DNA of 64,000 bases from Octopus bimaculoides (Eukaryota): assembly GCF_001194135.2 (NCBI RefSeq), contig NC_068982.1:151181308-151245307 (forward strand). Direction: 5' to 3'. Below, one piece after another: positions 1-12,270 of the stretch; the first letter of the stretch is position 1, and each line of letters starts with the position of its first letter. A program made the translations under genes and the position numbers. A model generated the notes under the pieces. The model had not been told where the DNA came from. It saw nothing but the letters and a program-made list of their open reading frames with translations, and did no database searches.

Positions 1-432
1 AATAATAATCTTTGGAAATGAGTTTTCGTTATTCAAATTTTCACACTTTCAAAGTAATCTAATTTTAAATTCTGTACCTGAAGATTACATAACCATGAAG
101 CATGGCTACACACTGAGGCATACTCACACAAACACGTATGCTCACTCACATATACTCACACGTATACACACACATATACTCACACAGAGACGTACGCTCA
201 CACACGCAGACATACATTTACACATACTCTCATTTTAACGCACCTATGAATACTCATAAGGTACACATGCACACACACATACACACACAGATGCACACAC
301 TCACACGCACACAAATACCAACATACACACATGCACATTGAAAGAGACGACAACATATGCACATACACAGAAATATAATAGAAACATGAGCACACACGGT
401 CACAGATATGTTTGCATCTGTATGTGTGTGTG

Positions 433-464
<32 letters not shown>

Positions 465-569
465 CATGTATATATGCTTGCGTGAATGTGTGTGTTTATG
501 CAGACACATACACAAATACATTTTTTATGACGTAGTTTATTTTTGCTGATCGTTGGATGCTTCATCGAT

Positions 570-632
570 CACGTGATTAATCTATTTCTGGTATCAAAAC
601 TCTCTCAGTGCAACTGATTGTCAATGACGTCA
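570..632. promoter_or_regulatory. E-box (CACGTG inside palindrome ATCACGTGAT) plus full CRE (TGACGTCA)
   Basis: CACGTG at 570-575 and TGACGTCA at 625-632 in unique sequence; motif match only. Confidence 0.25.
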
Positions 633-704
633 GTATAATATTTCTCCTGTCGCTCCAGTAATCTTACAGCATTTTTACCACTTCATCCTGTTATTTTCCC
701 TTAC

Positions 705-842
705 CTGTCACCATGGAGCGTCTGCATGCTAGCACAACATATTTATTGTTAGAAATAGCAGCCACATATCCCTTAAATCACACCCTATCTGTCTTATAAA
801 TGGAAAGCCACATTGGATGGTGTGGTTCGTGTGAAACTGTGT
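705..842 (-). other. Candidate spliced exon (138 nt), possibly 5'UTR plus start codon (ATG GTG ACA G)
   Basis: Minus strand: long pyrimidine tract ttttattttatgcttgttttgttttgttttttcag, then exon, then CAG|gtaagg donor. All three frames contain stops. ccATGG at 714-712 runs into the donor in phase 1. Confidence 0.35.
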
Positions 843-1339
843 CTGAAAAAACAAAACAAAACAAGCATAAAATAAAAAAAAACTGTTTGTCACAGGTAGA
901 GAAGAAAGCCTTTGATCGTAGGTCTGCTCCATCGCGGCTGAGTTGAAGTTTACAACAATATTGTTGTGTTTTTTTTTTAGTATTGCTTTTGTCTTCGAAA
1001 GGTTATTTTCTTTAGACGTCTTCAATCACATGACATCTTACGGGTACTTTCAATTGTCTTTTCTCTTCTCAAATTATTATTATTCGAGGTCTCATTTTTC
1101 AAGCTGAGTTTCAGGTCTATGTCGCCACCCGGTATAACCCCAGTATTTACTGTTGTTAATGTTTCACACAGCTATGGGTCGCAAGAGTGTTGTTTTCACA
1201 TTTTACATAAATATTTGTATATGACGTCTAAAAAGAATATGGTCTTGGTTAGAGAAGGCACTAAGAAAGTGTATGTGAAAGGGCGGCTCTTTTTTGTTGA
1301 ACGAACAGGGGTTAAATGAGAGAGAGCCAAAGAAAATAA

Positions 1340-2200
1340 AGAGTTTCGTTGCCGAAAACATTTGCTCTACCGTCAATGCAGTAGTTCTACGTGTAAAGCA
1401 AAGGCTATAGCAGCCTCAATGTTACCAGGGACAAAACAATCATCGCACACAACTATTACAATCGTTATCAAGAGCAACAACAATATAATCGTCAACAAAA
1501 GCATCAGCATCGTAATTCCACGAATAAGAATAAAACGGAACAAAAAGAAGCTGCAACTATTCTGTAAAAATGCAAACAATTGCTGCATGAATATAAATAA
1601 GCCCACAAAGGCTAGTTCCTTTATCGAATGAGAAGTTGAGCGAAGCAAAAAAGCATGTCAAGAAAGGTAGTATGTTGGTAAAATCGAAAGAAACCATTCA
1701 AAAAATGAAGCAGGGGACCACTGTCTATTTAACAAGCAACAAGCATCAACGAACCCTGTCCCATACGAAACAGCACACCAAAAGGTACGCCACTACTTAG
1801 CGCGAAAGACAGAACTATTTCTATGCCCTCTTATAGGGAACGTTATTTTACACAAGTAACCATATGAAACGAGCCACCGGGGATATTAATTAACAATATA
1901 AACCGGCCTATTAGGAAAACAACTTGTGATCACAACTAAACTGCGGTTCAACCATAACTAAACTGCAGTATCTGGTAAGGCAGAATAACAGAAAGAGTAT
2001 CTTTGATTGTCGGGGTGGTGGACACCTTTCCAAAAGATAGGAAACAGTACCAGAGTAAAGATTAATAGGGAAGTCATGGAATTACAGACTGGCACCCAAC
2101 GAAACAAGTTCATGCTTTCGGATAGTATTGTTGGGCACTAGACAAACAGATTAGTTAAGTATCTTGAGTTCTGATTTGGTTTGCAACTTTAAATATATGG
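1340..2200 (+). mobile_element. Possible highly decayed gag-like retroelement remnant
   Basis: 1999-2040 reads IFDCRGGGHLSKR*, resembling a CX2CX4HX4C knuckle with the first and last Cys lost; Q/N/K-rich frame upstream. Confidence 0.15.
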
Positions 2201-3825
2201 ATGCTGAGTCGAGGTTACAAGCAAGAGAGTCTCATTTAGAAATGGGCTAAGATGAAGCTATTCTTCAAAGTTCGGACAGAGGTGAAAAACGTGCATCTTA
2301 TATCTCTGTCATATATTACCGCCTGGCCTTTTGCTTTGTCCCATTATTTTTCTGATCAGAATGGAACTTATCTCTTCTACAAGAAGCGTAAGAACGAATA
2401 TTTCAGGCGGCCTATTTGCTGCTGACACCTGCATGGTATTTCTGGTCGGTATGGTGTGGCTGGTGATGCTTTGATGTGGTCTGGGAATGCAAATTTTACA
2501 AAGATTCTTATTCGACCAACAGATATGGTCGCTAATGTAAGGCATGATTTTCCACAGATAAACCAGCTGATAGAACTGCTTCCCTAGGTCAATAGTAAAT
2601 AAAAATTAGATACCTGACATTTGGAATGTTCTTAGGTGTCCACAGCTCTCTATCAACCGGGTAATACTGTCGATTGAGCTTACATGATAGCGTTTTAGGT
2701 AAGACGAGTATTAGGCAAGAGCACGATATTTTTGAGAATCAGCTTATTTTCTTTTTTGTTATTTTCTGCCATATCTTACTTTTGTATTTTGTGTTTTGCA
2801 TCACATTTTTGCATATTCCCCGATGTCTTTAAACTCTTGTTTGTAATAAAGAATTAATTATTCTCTTTCGAGGAGAGTAGACCTGTTCTACATTTTTGGA
2901 AGAATCGGATTACTGAATTTGGATTTAAGTGAAAAAGAAGTTTTGGACTATTACTTTTTTTGAACTTATGAATTATCATCTTTTTTACCTTGAAGTGGGT
3001 AAAAAGTTTGTAGCTGGACATTTTTGTAGATTTTATGTGGATTGACAGATCGTAAGACTTCCCGGTATTTTTCCCTTCCTGCCGAAATTAACTTCGCCAT
3101 TCATCCCTCTGAGTTCAATAAAATAAAGCACCAGTCAAATCCTAGGATCGATAGGATTACTAGTTTTGTGCTTAAATCAGGAACCATTATTGTCATTTGA
3201 AAGGTTGGATCTTTTGGTTAATTGTATCTTGTTTAGTAGTATTTTGGTTGTCAAGATAAATAGTTTCTCTAATGTTTTTAATAGGAATTACTTTGGTCAA
3301 GTTTCAAAACATAAGATATTCACCTAACATGCAATGGTCATCTTGAAGTAGAAATATCTGCAGTTAGTTTAAACAATATTTAACAAGAGTTGTTCAATAA
3401 ATCATCGACTGAAATAAATTAAGATGAGATGTATTTTGAAGGAGTTAAGAAAGCATATGTTTAGAGTAGATGGATCTCAAACGCTGAAAAAATTGTGATG
3501 CTTCCATGGAAACTTATCGATTTCGAGCCTGATCCTCGCTAGGAGTTTAAGCAATGAGGCACAAATTTGAAATAATGAGCTACAATATTTTTCCAGCACA
3601 TCAAAATGTATATTTTGTTGCATTTCAAACAGATATCAAAATACGAATCACGTACAAACACAGTGCTAGAAGTAAATTAGATACTGAGGTTTCTGATTAT
3701 TCGACTGTATATATAAGTCAACATAAATGGACTGGAGGCTATGATGGAAGAACAATATTCAATGTTGCAAAAATCATTCCTGGAGAATTCTGATTCAAAT
3801 GATAATGTGGCATAATGAATACTAA

Positions 3826-3995
3826 TACACACACACACAGACACACACACACTTACTAATTTATACACACACATATATATTTATACATATATATATACAC
3901 ATATGCATATATACAAATACACTCACACACACACACACACGCACACACATATATGCATACACACACATACATATGTATATATGTTGTGTGTGCTA

Positions 3996-4042
<47 letters not shown>

Positions 4043-4110
4043 TGCATGTAAGCATATAAATATACATGTGTATATCAGTGTGTGTACGTGTGTGTGTGTC
4101 TGTGTGTAAG
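3826..4110. repeat. Compound (CA)n/(TA)n/(TG)n microsatellite
   Basis: Direct reading. Confidence 0.95.
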
Positions 4111-4212
4111 TTGCGACTGTCATTCTCTTTTCCTCCTCTCTGGATTCTTGTATCGCTGTTTCTATCTCTTACCACATTACTTTTTGTCTTTCTCTTTCCT
4201 TTTTTATTCATT

Positions 4213-4434
4213 TACTTGTTTATAGTCATTGGACAGCGGCCATGCTAAGAGGCCTTGAAGAATTTAGGTGAACAAACCGACACCAGTAGTTATTTGAAAG
4301 ACTGGCACTTGAGTCTGGTACTTAATAAATCAGTTACCAAGCGGCGGTGGGGAATAAGCACATCACAAACACAAAGACAGACTAATAGACAGACAGACAG
4401 ACACACACACACACATACACACACATACACACAC

Positions 4435-4476
<42 letters not shown>

Positions 4477-4702
4477 ACATGCGCGCGCGCATACACATAC
4501 ACAAACACACACTCTCCCCCTCCCTTTCACACATATTCACACATATGAACGGTTTCTTTCAGTTTCTGTCAACTAAATCCATTCGTGCTGAGGGTATAGT
4601 GGAAGACACTAAAGCAGGGTGCTGCTCAGTGGCACTGATCAACTGATCCCAGGACCAAATGGTTAGGAAGTAAGTTCCTTAACCATAGCACCAGCCTACA
4701 CC
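4213..4702 (-). mobile_element. tRNA-derived SINE with internal (CA)n/(GACA)n microsatellite
   Basis: Minus strand: tRNA-like head near 4700, body, microsatellite 4385-4545, then tail segment ending gcatggccgctgtccaatgactataaacaagtaa; matches my recollection of an abundant octopus SINE. Confidence 0.7.
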
Positions 4703-4861
4703 TATAAAGTGTACATCACCTCTTCGGTTTGGAAACAAATTTTGCCCTCCTGCATAACACCCGCGGATCCCTATTTCAAATATCTTTATCAGTTTCATGT
4801 TATCAATATCCCAGAAATTTCACTTTTCTACATCATTTACTTTCCCTCCCTTTATCTCTAG

Positions 4862-4894
4862 AATGCAGCAGTAGAGTGGCCGTTTTAGTAGGAG
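4862..4894 (+). other. Candidate 33-nt symmetric (phase 1-1) exon, (E)CSSRVAVLVG
   Basis: Acceptor tttactttccctccctttatctctag and donor GAG|gtaagt; only one open frame. Confidence 0.25.
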
Positions 4895-5109
4895 GTAAGT
4901 AATTAAGAAGTATTGATGATGACGTAACAGGTAATCTTAATTTCAGCAAGCAGACAAATCTTATGGAAGCATTTTCAAATCACGATCACAATCGATTGGT
5001 TATAGATTATGTAGTCTTCAATAATATTACGGTGAAAGAGGACATGTTACAAACAGATATGTTAATATAGTTTACAAATTTACAACTCACGCCACCCAAA
5101 GAAAGTTTC

Positions 5110-5875
5110 ATAGCATCCAGATGACTTTCTTATATCAGGTGAGATTGCAGACACTTGCAAAGGGAAAGGGTGTTTTAGAATTGTTCAAATCTAGGTAGAT
5201 CATAATCTATGCAGTGCCCTTAACAAAAAGCCATTTCACATGGAAAACAGGTGCACCAAACAGGTTCCAAAAACATATATAGACCAGATCCAAAAAGGTG
5301 AAGATGGTTGAACCTTTTACAGAAAAATAGCACTAGAGCACAGGGGCTTTGGCAGTTTTTGATTTCACATCACAAGATTAGCAGCAGATGGATATTTCTC
5401 CATTGTTCGTTCTTGGGTGAGGCAATACATAATCAATTTTGAGTTCTGCAATTCAATAAAGATCAGCAAATATATAATAAAATATCTCTGGAAATATATA
5501 ACCAAAGGACTCGCCGCTGCAGTGTTTGCTCTAAAGCTTCAATATGTCTTGAAGTTACTCAATTTCAGCAAGGACAATGCATTGGTACCAATGGGTGTTC
5601 TTTTATCTTTCCTAATCACGAAGATACTCTATGATTCAACTAAATAGAGAAAGTTCAACAAGTTGGCTTCATTCAAGCAACTACTATACAGCAAGCACAG
5701 ATCCATTTCAAGCTGTACCATTCTGATCCTTTTGTGAAATAAAAACAACGAAAAACAAAAAGCAAAAAGAAGCTATGTAGGAGGGTCAAGTTCATTTCAA
5801 GATCTTCGATTAGCCAATGGCAAAATTTGAACCATATATAGGAAGACATACTTTTGTACTGGGGCTGATTGTATA
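5110..5875 (+). mobile_element. Decayed Helitron Rep/helicase fragment
   Basis: Collinear motifs across frameshifts: DFLISGEIAD, CSALNKKPFHMENRCTKQVPK..KGEDG*TFYRK, INFEFCNSIKISKYI..KYITKG..AAVFAL, EVTQFQQG..IFPNHE, FKLYHSDPF, VGGSSSFQDLRLANG. These match Helitron consensus ISAEIPD / CM..G.CTK.YPK / INVE.CNS.KSIKY..KY..KG / GPTSF.DLR.VNG. Confidence 0.75.
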
Positions 5876-6914
5876 TGTCTATACAAAATGTTTTCTCAGA
5901 ACGAATAGCGCAGTTTCCCGGGTTTCAATTGTATATCTGCGTTAAGTATGATATAAAGAATGCAATTTTGAACTAATACTGCTTCTGTCACTAGTAGTGA
6001 ATTTTTATCCAGTGTACCGGCTAATTGCGATGCAAGTGATTTGTTGATCATTGTTTTCTATAAAGGCAAAATTTGATTTGGCTTGCGGTTGTTAATGATG
6101 TTTGCTACCAATGCCACTCAAAGAAGCATATTTAGTAATTCCACCACCGTTTCTAGACACTTTTCATTTGCTACTGATATATTTCTGAGTTCTTTAATAC
6201 TATGAATCTACATAAGATGCTTTCTCAAGACAAATACCACAGTTTCTATGCTTACACCTGTGTTAGGTACCTTTATACACACACATATATATGTGTGTAT
6301 ATGCGTGTATGTGTGCGCATGACTGTATGTGTGTATAAATAAATGTGTATATATAAATATGCTTGCATATATGTGTGTGCATTAGTGTATATATTATATA
6401 TATGCATATATGTGTGCATATGTGTGTATACGCAAAATACACACAAACACAGATGCACTTGCACGTATACATCGCAGTAGAAATGTTACTTTAAAATATT
6501 TCTTAAAAAACAATGCATGATCTTAATTGAATGAAGTTTAAGACGTTTGGAATATTCCTACGAGAGCCAGAATTGCAATGATAAACAAAATGAAATTATA
6601 AACGTGAAATGATAAGAATGTCGCTCGCAATATTTTCGTTTTTGTTTTTGTTTGAAAATCAGAAAGATAAACGTTTTATTTTTACTATCATATAATATTT
6701 CAAAATATATTGTCATAATAAATGACAAAGGAAACACGTTCTGACTAACAGCTGAACAATTGAAAACTGAGACTATGGATATTATACAAGCATCTCGTTC
6801 TTGGCCACTCCTAGGTCTACTGCCCATTGGCTCGGCTGGAAGAAACTGTTTTGCGATTCTTTCCTGTTGTATTGTAAACACATCTTAGTACCAGAGCCGT
6901 GACCTTTCAATGCA

Positions 6915-9000
6915 AAGGAGTAGCGACTCATGTCTCATCGGTAGATGTAACCGTGATGACATTATCGGACAACAAAGTCTGCATCGGTTGTCATATTTTA
7001 CTGCTTTTCCTGCATCTGTGTCCCTTTTGTGAATCACGTACTTGGTTAATATTTATTGTTCCTGAATTGCAAACGCTTACTCTTCAAAGTGGGAGGTAGT
7101 AATCCGGCTATTGGTCCATGATATACGGCTTTGATGATCGATGTTACTATCATCACGTAGCTCTCTACTAACATATCCATGCATAGTCTTCTGCTTATAT
7201 AGGCTCCTCCTTTCATCTGATGATATTGCAGTAGAGTTGTGCGACTTCTTTGGGCATGAATTCTAGATTATCAGACAAAGCGTGTTGTTCAAGAAGCTGC
7301 CTTCCAAGTATTATGATGTTATCAGCATCATGTATGCAAACTTGGTCAAGGGATGCACAACGACACTTGGTAGTTAAAAGATGTTGCCGAAGGGATATGA
7401 TGCGACATTCAAAGGCATTTTGGATTGACGTTAAGCTTCTGCCGCCTTGTTTTCATTTTAGGTCCAGGTGGTCTACGTCATTGTTTATGTGGAAATTATG
7501 TGTGCTTGTTAGTATTTTTCAGGTTTTCACATCATTGACTCGGATCTCATCAAAGGCTCAATCAAGCAGCCCAAATGTTGGTATGGGTACTGGCACTGCA
7601 AACACATTGTGGGCTAATGTTTTATCGAATGCAGAGTTCTGAGGTCCAAATTTTCTTTATTCGATTGTAATATTCTTTAGTGACACGTGTTTTGTTACAG
7701 GTGCCATTGTAAGATATATATTCATCCGCTCCTAGGTACCTGTAACATTCCTCATCAGATATAGGGGAAACAGCCAAGTCATTGATGAAGATGTAACTAG
7801 TCTGGTTTATAGCTTTTCCCCTTTTCACAACTATATAACAATATTTAACCTGACCAAACTCCAACCCTCCATCCTTTGAGAATGTTGTAATTAGGTCAAG
7901 GCTGATTTTCATCTCATGCATACTCTTTGCATAAAGTTTTAAGTCATCCACAAAGAAACAGTGTGTAATTTTGGTATTCCTTGTGAACCAGTGAGGTATC
8001 CTTCAGACATCCTTAACATGAATGACAAGGGGTTTACAGAAAATATAAACAACAGCACAAAGAAGCTGTCTCCTTGGAATATGCCTTTGCGATACTATAT
8101 TCTATCGGTGATAATACAGTCACTCTGTGTTTAATTTTAAGATGGTGGCCCACGATGAAATCAGGTCAGCTATGGCTTTGACTATTATCACTGGAACTTT
8201 AGCAAGTTGAAGGGCTTCTAACATCCATGAGTGGGGAACAGAGTCAAAGACTTTCTTGTGGTCTAACCATATTGAAACTAGAATCCTCCTATGCTCTCGT
8301 ACCTCTGACATCACAGTTTTGTTGATTAACAATTGCTCGGCATATCTCCAGACTCCCTTTTTCTCAGTTGCTTGTTGTGCTGTGGTAATGTTATTAGTTT
8401 GACTGTGGTCCTGAAGGAATAGGTTTAAACATGCAGTATATCTTATACATTATGTTCTGGTATGCAATTGGCCTGTAGTTTTTTGCCATGTGGGCGGTTC
8501 TGCATTTGAGGATCAATTTTGTCTCTGCCAGAGCTAACCTGTGTGGATGAGAACTTGGTGGTACAGATTGATAAGATATGGTCGGTAGAATGTTAGCTTC
8601 TTGTATCAACATTCAACAATCATATCTATTCCAGGTGCTTTTCCATCCTGGAAGTTTGGATCACAATTGCAAGAGTTTCACCATCAATGTTGTATGTCTC
8701 AAGTGTAATGCAGTGGCAATAACGTTTTCGGAATTCTTCCAGTCACAGAGCATCTTAATTAAAATCCTTCTCTTCACTCCTGATTTCCCTCCAGAAGGAG
8801 TCTATGTCTTCTCGTGAAGGAGCTTCCGTGATGTTTACTGCTCCTCCTCTCACGTCTCTGTATACTGCTGCCTGGCTGCGGTTAAACTTTTTGTTTATTG
8901 TTCTTCTCTCGGTTATTCTCTTCTGATGTCGGAGCTTTTCACTGACTGACAGCTTTTAGATCCTGCTTGAAGGTAATCAGTTTGCAAGTGAGTGTCCTCT
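6915..9000 (-). mobile_element. R4/Dong-like RLE non-LTR retrotransposon, copy A (decayed, 3' end missing)
   Basis: Minus strand motifs: P.REDIDSFW, KAPGID, KNYRPIAYQNIMYK, WLDHKKVFDSVPHSW, QGDSF, VDD.KLYAKS, YRYLG, zinc-finger remnant near 6930-7000; clearly homologous to 33380-34703. Confidence 0.9.
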
Positions 9001-9042
9001 TATGTATGTATATGTATGTATGTATGTGTGTGTGTGTGTGTG

Positions 9043-9078
<36 letters not shown>
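9001..9078. repeat. (TATG)n then (TG)n, directly abutting the 5' junction of RLE copy A
   Basis: Direct reading. Confidence 0.95.
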
Positions 9079-9084
<6 letters not shown>

Positions 9085-9789
9085 CATTGCGATCTGGTAC
9101 TGGCTTTATTTGAAACTTCATTGCTTGGTATACATCGTTAATATTGTATGAAAGACCCAAACTAATTAGCTTCAATATTCTTTGGATTGGCCAGACTGTT
9201 AACGGAAACTCGAAAAAATGATACGAATTTTATATAAAAATTTGATAAAATTTAATAAAATAATTTAGCAATCTAGCAATAAATTTCAATGGATATTTGA
9301 AAATGAAAATAATTTTATTATGTAAGTGAAGTCTTGCATTTAAACCTTTTTACGGAGCAATTAAAAATTAATTGTTCGATCAGTAGTACTTCTCCACTTT
9401 GCACCATATTATTGATGAAAAAAATCGATAGATTAGTGCTAGGCCAAATAATCATCAAAAGTTAAGTGGTATGATAAATTAGAATATCAATTTTAAGCTA
9501 ATTTGAAAATTATAGATCTTATTTCATTTAGGATTGTTTCAGTTTTAAACTAGCATGTTTGTCCTACATTCCCTCCTCCCCACACACTCCAAGATGAATT
9601 AGGGGAAACATCAAACAGCTTTGTAATGCAAAAAATTTAATTACCAAATGAAAATTTCTGACAAGCATAGGATTTCTTGCGGAAGAATTTCGTTAAGAAA
9701 ACTTAGCTTGTAAGCATATTAATGTAGTGGCGTTCACCTTTATATTAGAAATATCGTAGATAGTAGTTTCTCTGAATAGATAGATAGAC

Positions 9790-9835
<46 letters not shown>

Positions 9836-9869
9836 TCAGAATGAGATAAAAATGCAAGGCTGTGATAGA

Positions 9870-10230
9870 TTTTAGAACATTTATAAATAGACGGTCTTAC
9901 AGCTGTTTCCGGGATATTTTATATATCCCTTCATTGGAGACGGTGTGAGAAAATGGTTAAGCAATAGTTAGTTTAGATAAGATATCAAATAGAGAGTGAA
10001 GTGGATTAATGAAAATAGATGTGAGATATGGAGGGATATTGCATCTGTAGATCAACTGTTTATGTAGAATAGTATACATATAAGATTCCAATACCTTGTG
10101 AGTAAGTTCCAATAATATTTAAAATTGGTCATTCCAAGTATAGAGTTTGTACACAGTGCTATTGAATCAAGGGTTTTATTTAAAGTGAACTATAAGCTGG
10201 GAATGTATTTGTAAGGTCAAATCGAAAACA
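9870..10230 (-). mobile_element. Penelope-like element terminal fragment
   Basis: Minus strand KVLESY..ILHKQL resembles the GIY-YIG C-terminus, followed by a hammerhead-like terminal motif. Confidence 0.4.
9891..9944 (-). ncRNA. Degenerate minimal type I hammerhead ribozyme-like motif
   Basis: accgtct-CCAATGA-a-gggatat-ataaa-atatccc-g-GAAAC-agct-GTA-agaccgt: stem I gtct/agac, 7-bp stem II, palindromic stem III ACAGCTGT, GUA site; two core mismatches versus CUGAUGA. Confidence 0.55.
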
Positions 10231-10324
10231 AGAAGAGAGGAATAAAGAAAAGAGAAAAAGAAAAGCAAGGAGAGAGATAGTAAAGAGATGAAGAGAGGGA
10301 AATTGTACTAGTTAGTGGTCAGTC

Positions 10325-10549
10325 AAGATAAATTGATGTTCTTATTGGAGTTTCCGGCGCCAATGCCAAGCAGTACATCATGCTTTTTCCAAATTTCTGG
10401 CAGAGTGAATTGTGTCAGGGTGCTGTTTTTCTCACAGACGGTGCCCAACTGCCCCTACTATACTATGTAGTCAACACAATCAAAAACAAATAATGCGCAT
10501 ACACGAAATTAAAAATATAAAATGGCAGCAATTTACCGATCGCACCCTG
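10325..10549 (-). mobile_element. Tc1/mariner-type transposon end
   Basis: Minus strand begins TA|CAGGGTGCGATCGGTAAATTGCTGCC, a TA target plus CAGGGTG terminus; partner TIR not found. Confidence 0.45.
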
Positions 10550-10566
10550 TAACCCCCCCCCCACAC

Positions 10567-10586
10567 ACATAGATAGATAGAGATAG

Positions 10587-10640
<54 letters not shown>
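10567..10640. repeat. (GATA)n(GA)n microsatellite
   Basis: Direct reading. Confidence 0.95.
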
Positions 10641-10641
<1 letters not shown>

Positions 10642-11184
10642 TAAGGGAGAGGAAAAAGAGGATTCACTTGTTACTGATTATACTATTATCATAGATCACC
10701 CGAATAAGTGATTTCCACACCTATTTATATAATAGAAGGATTTACTTTCATTTTGATAACATTCATCATCCCTCTGTCACTTTCGTGTTTTAAGCTGTCA
10801 GAATAGATCCTAAGAGCATTCTCTGCAAGAGATCCGGCATTAATGTTGATAGTATAGAAACATTGTTTCCGAGCCTATCAGAATGCTGCTTAAACCTCTG
10901 GTCTCTTAATGTGCCAAGGCAACTATATTTTATACTATAAGCATGAAATATTTTATGAAGAAAATAACTAAGAGGTGGGACATCTCCCTTCACGGTTACA
11001 GCTTCCCAGAGACTGGCGAGATGGATGTGATCGAGCTCCACTTCAATACCTACAGGTCGATGTTTTCAGGAAAATAGGGGAGATACAGGTACCGATTTGT
11101 GGTTTGTAGCTGAGTGAACTCCGTTAAAGGTATATAGTTGCTGTTAACTTTACAGCTATATATCACTTCCTCTGTAAGTGAGCA

Positions 11185-11460
11185 ATCAGCCTATTATAGA
11201 TGCGAGGACTTTGAATGTTACTGTGAAACAAGTAATAGGCCCATATTTTTGGAAGTTTTTCTTTTCGTTTTTGCAGGTTAGGAATCAATAGTTTTCACAT
11301 TCAGATTATGTTTACTCCTGTTCCATTTACTAGTCATTGAATACAGTTGCGACAGGTTCACAACTCCAGGTTAGATGATACAGGAAGTTTTTGTTAACAC
11401 CAACAGCTCTGCAGTTGCTTTGCAGCTTATATCGTATCCTGGAACATTTTGCTAGCTAAG
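11185..11460 (-). mobile_element. Old RLE-type LINE RT N-terminal remnant
   Basis: Minus strand: K.PGYDI-like motif, LIP, then KNFQKYGPITCFTVTFKVLASII, resembling NYRPITCL.T.YK..TSII. Confidence 0.5.
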
Positions 11461-12182
11461 CTGTCATGTTAATATTATCTATTTTCCCTTTCTCTTCTGA
11501 TCCAATTTATTTTCAATTGCGCTGAATGTTTTTGAATCTGATTTTGCTAATATTAATGGCTAATCAGCAGAATTATTGCAAACAAAAGATTCTGCCCATC
11601 CAGGCGGTTTTCTGTTAGTTTATCTAATATACATTTTATTGACACAGCCCAGTTTTTATTGTGTTGAAGTTGTTAAGTGGTGGTTTTACTGACTTGCTTA
11701 ATCAGTGGTTGCAAATACTTCTCTACATGCTGGAATGGTGCAGTTCAGAGGTGCTTATGATGAAACACCTCAGCAGTGAGAAAAACTGATTCAGTCACCT
11801 CTCTTTGCTCCGGAGTCTCTGCTGCAAGCTGATTCTTTTGCTTGAGAGATCCTGGTTAGCTTGGTCTGCCTGGCAGAATCATATTCCTTTTATCTTTTGT
11901 TGCGGTATACAGACATTTGATTCAAATTTTAAACCTCTTATTTCCTGATCCAATTGTACATCTCTTCATTTACTGTGGTGCATTTGTCACTTACCATTCA
12001 GATATGGTTGCATAAAATGTGTAGCACATAAACGGTTCACATATAATTTATTTTTAAAAAGGAAAAATTGAATGTAACAACCATTATTACCACGATAAAA
12101 AATGCCAAGGGAGACAGTATGATAAAGTTGTATATAAAGTTGTATAATTTCATTGTTTTAGATCTCAGCAAAAATAAGATTG

Positions 12183-12197
12183 CGTGTGTGTGTTTGT

Positions 12198-12268
<71 letters not shown>
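12183..12268. repeat. (TG)n microsatellite
   Basis: Direct reading. Confidence 0.95.

Positions 12269-12270
<2 letters not shown>

Noticed and set aside
138-565. HT/CV/YI/MYVC-repeat ORFs here and throughout the window
   Set aside because: Translations of (CA)n, (TA)n and (TACA)n microsatellites, not proteins
7250-7642. Plus-strand 130-aa ORF and its 139-aa homolog at 33726-34145 as a conserved gene
   Set aside because: Antisense shadows of RLE LINE copies A and B
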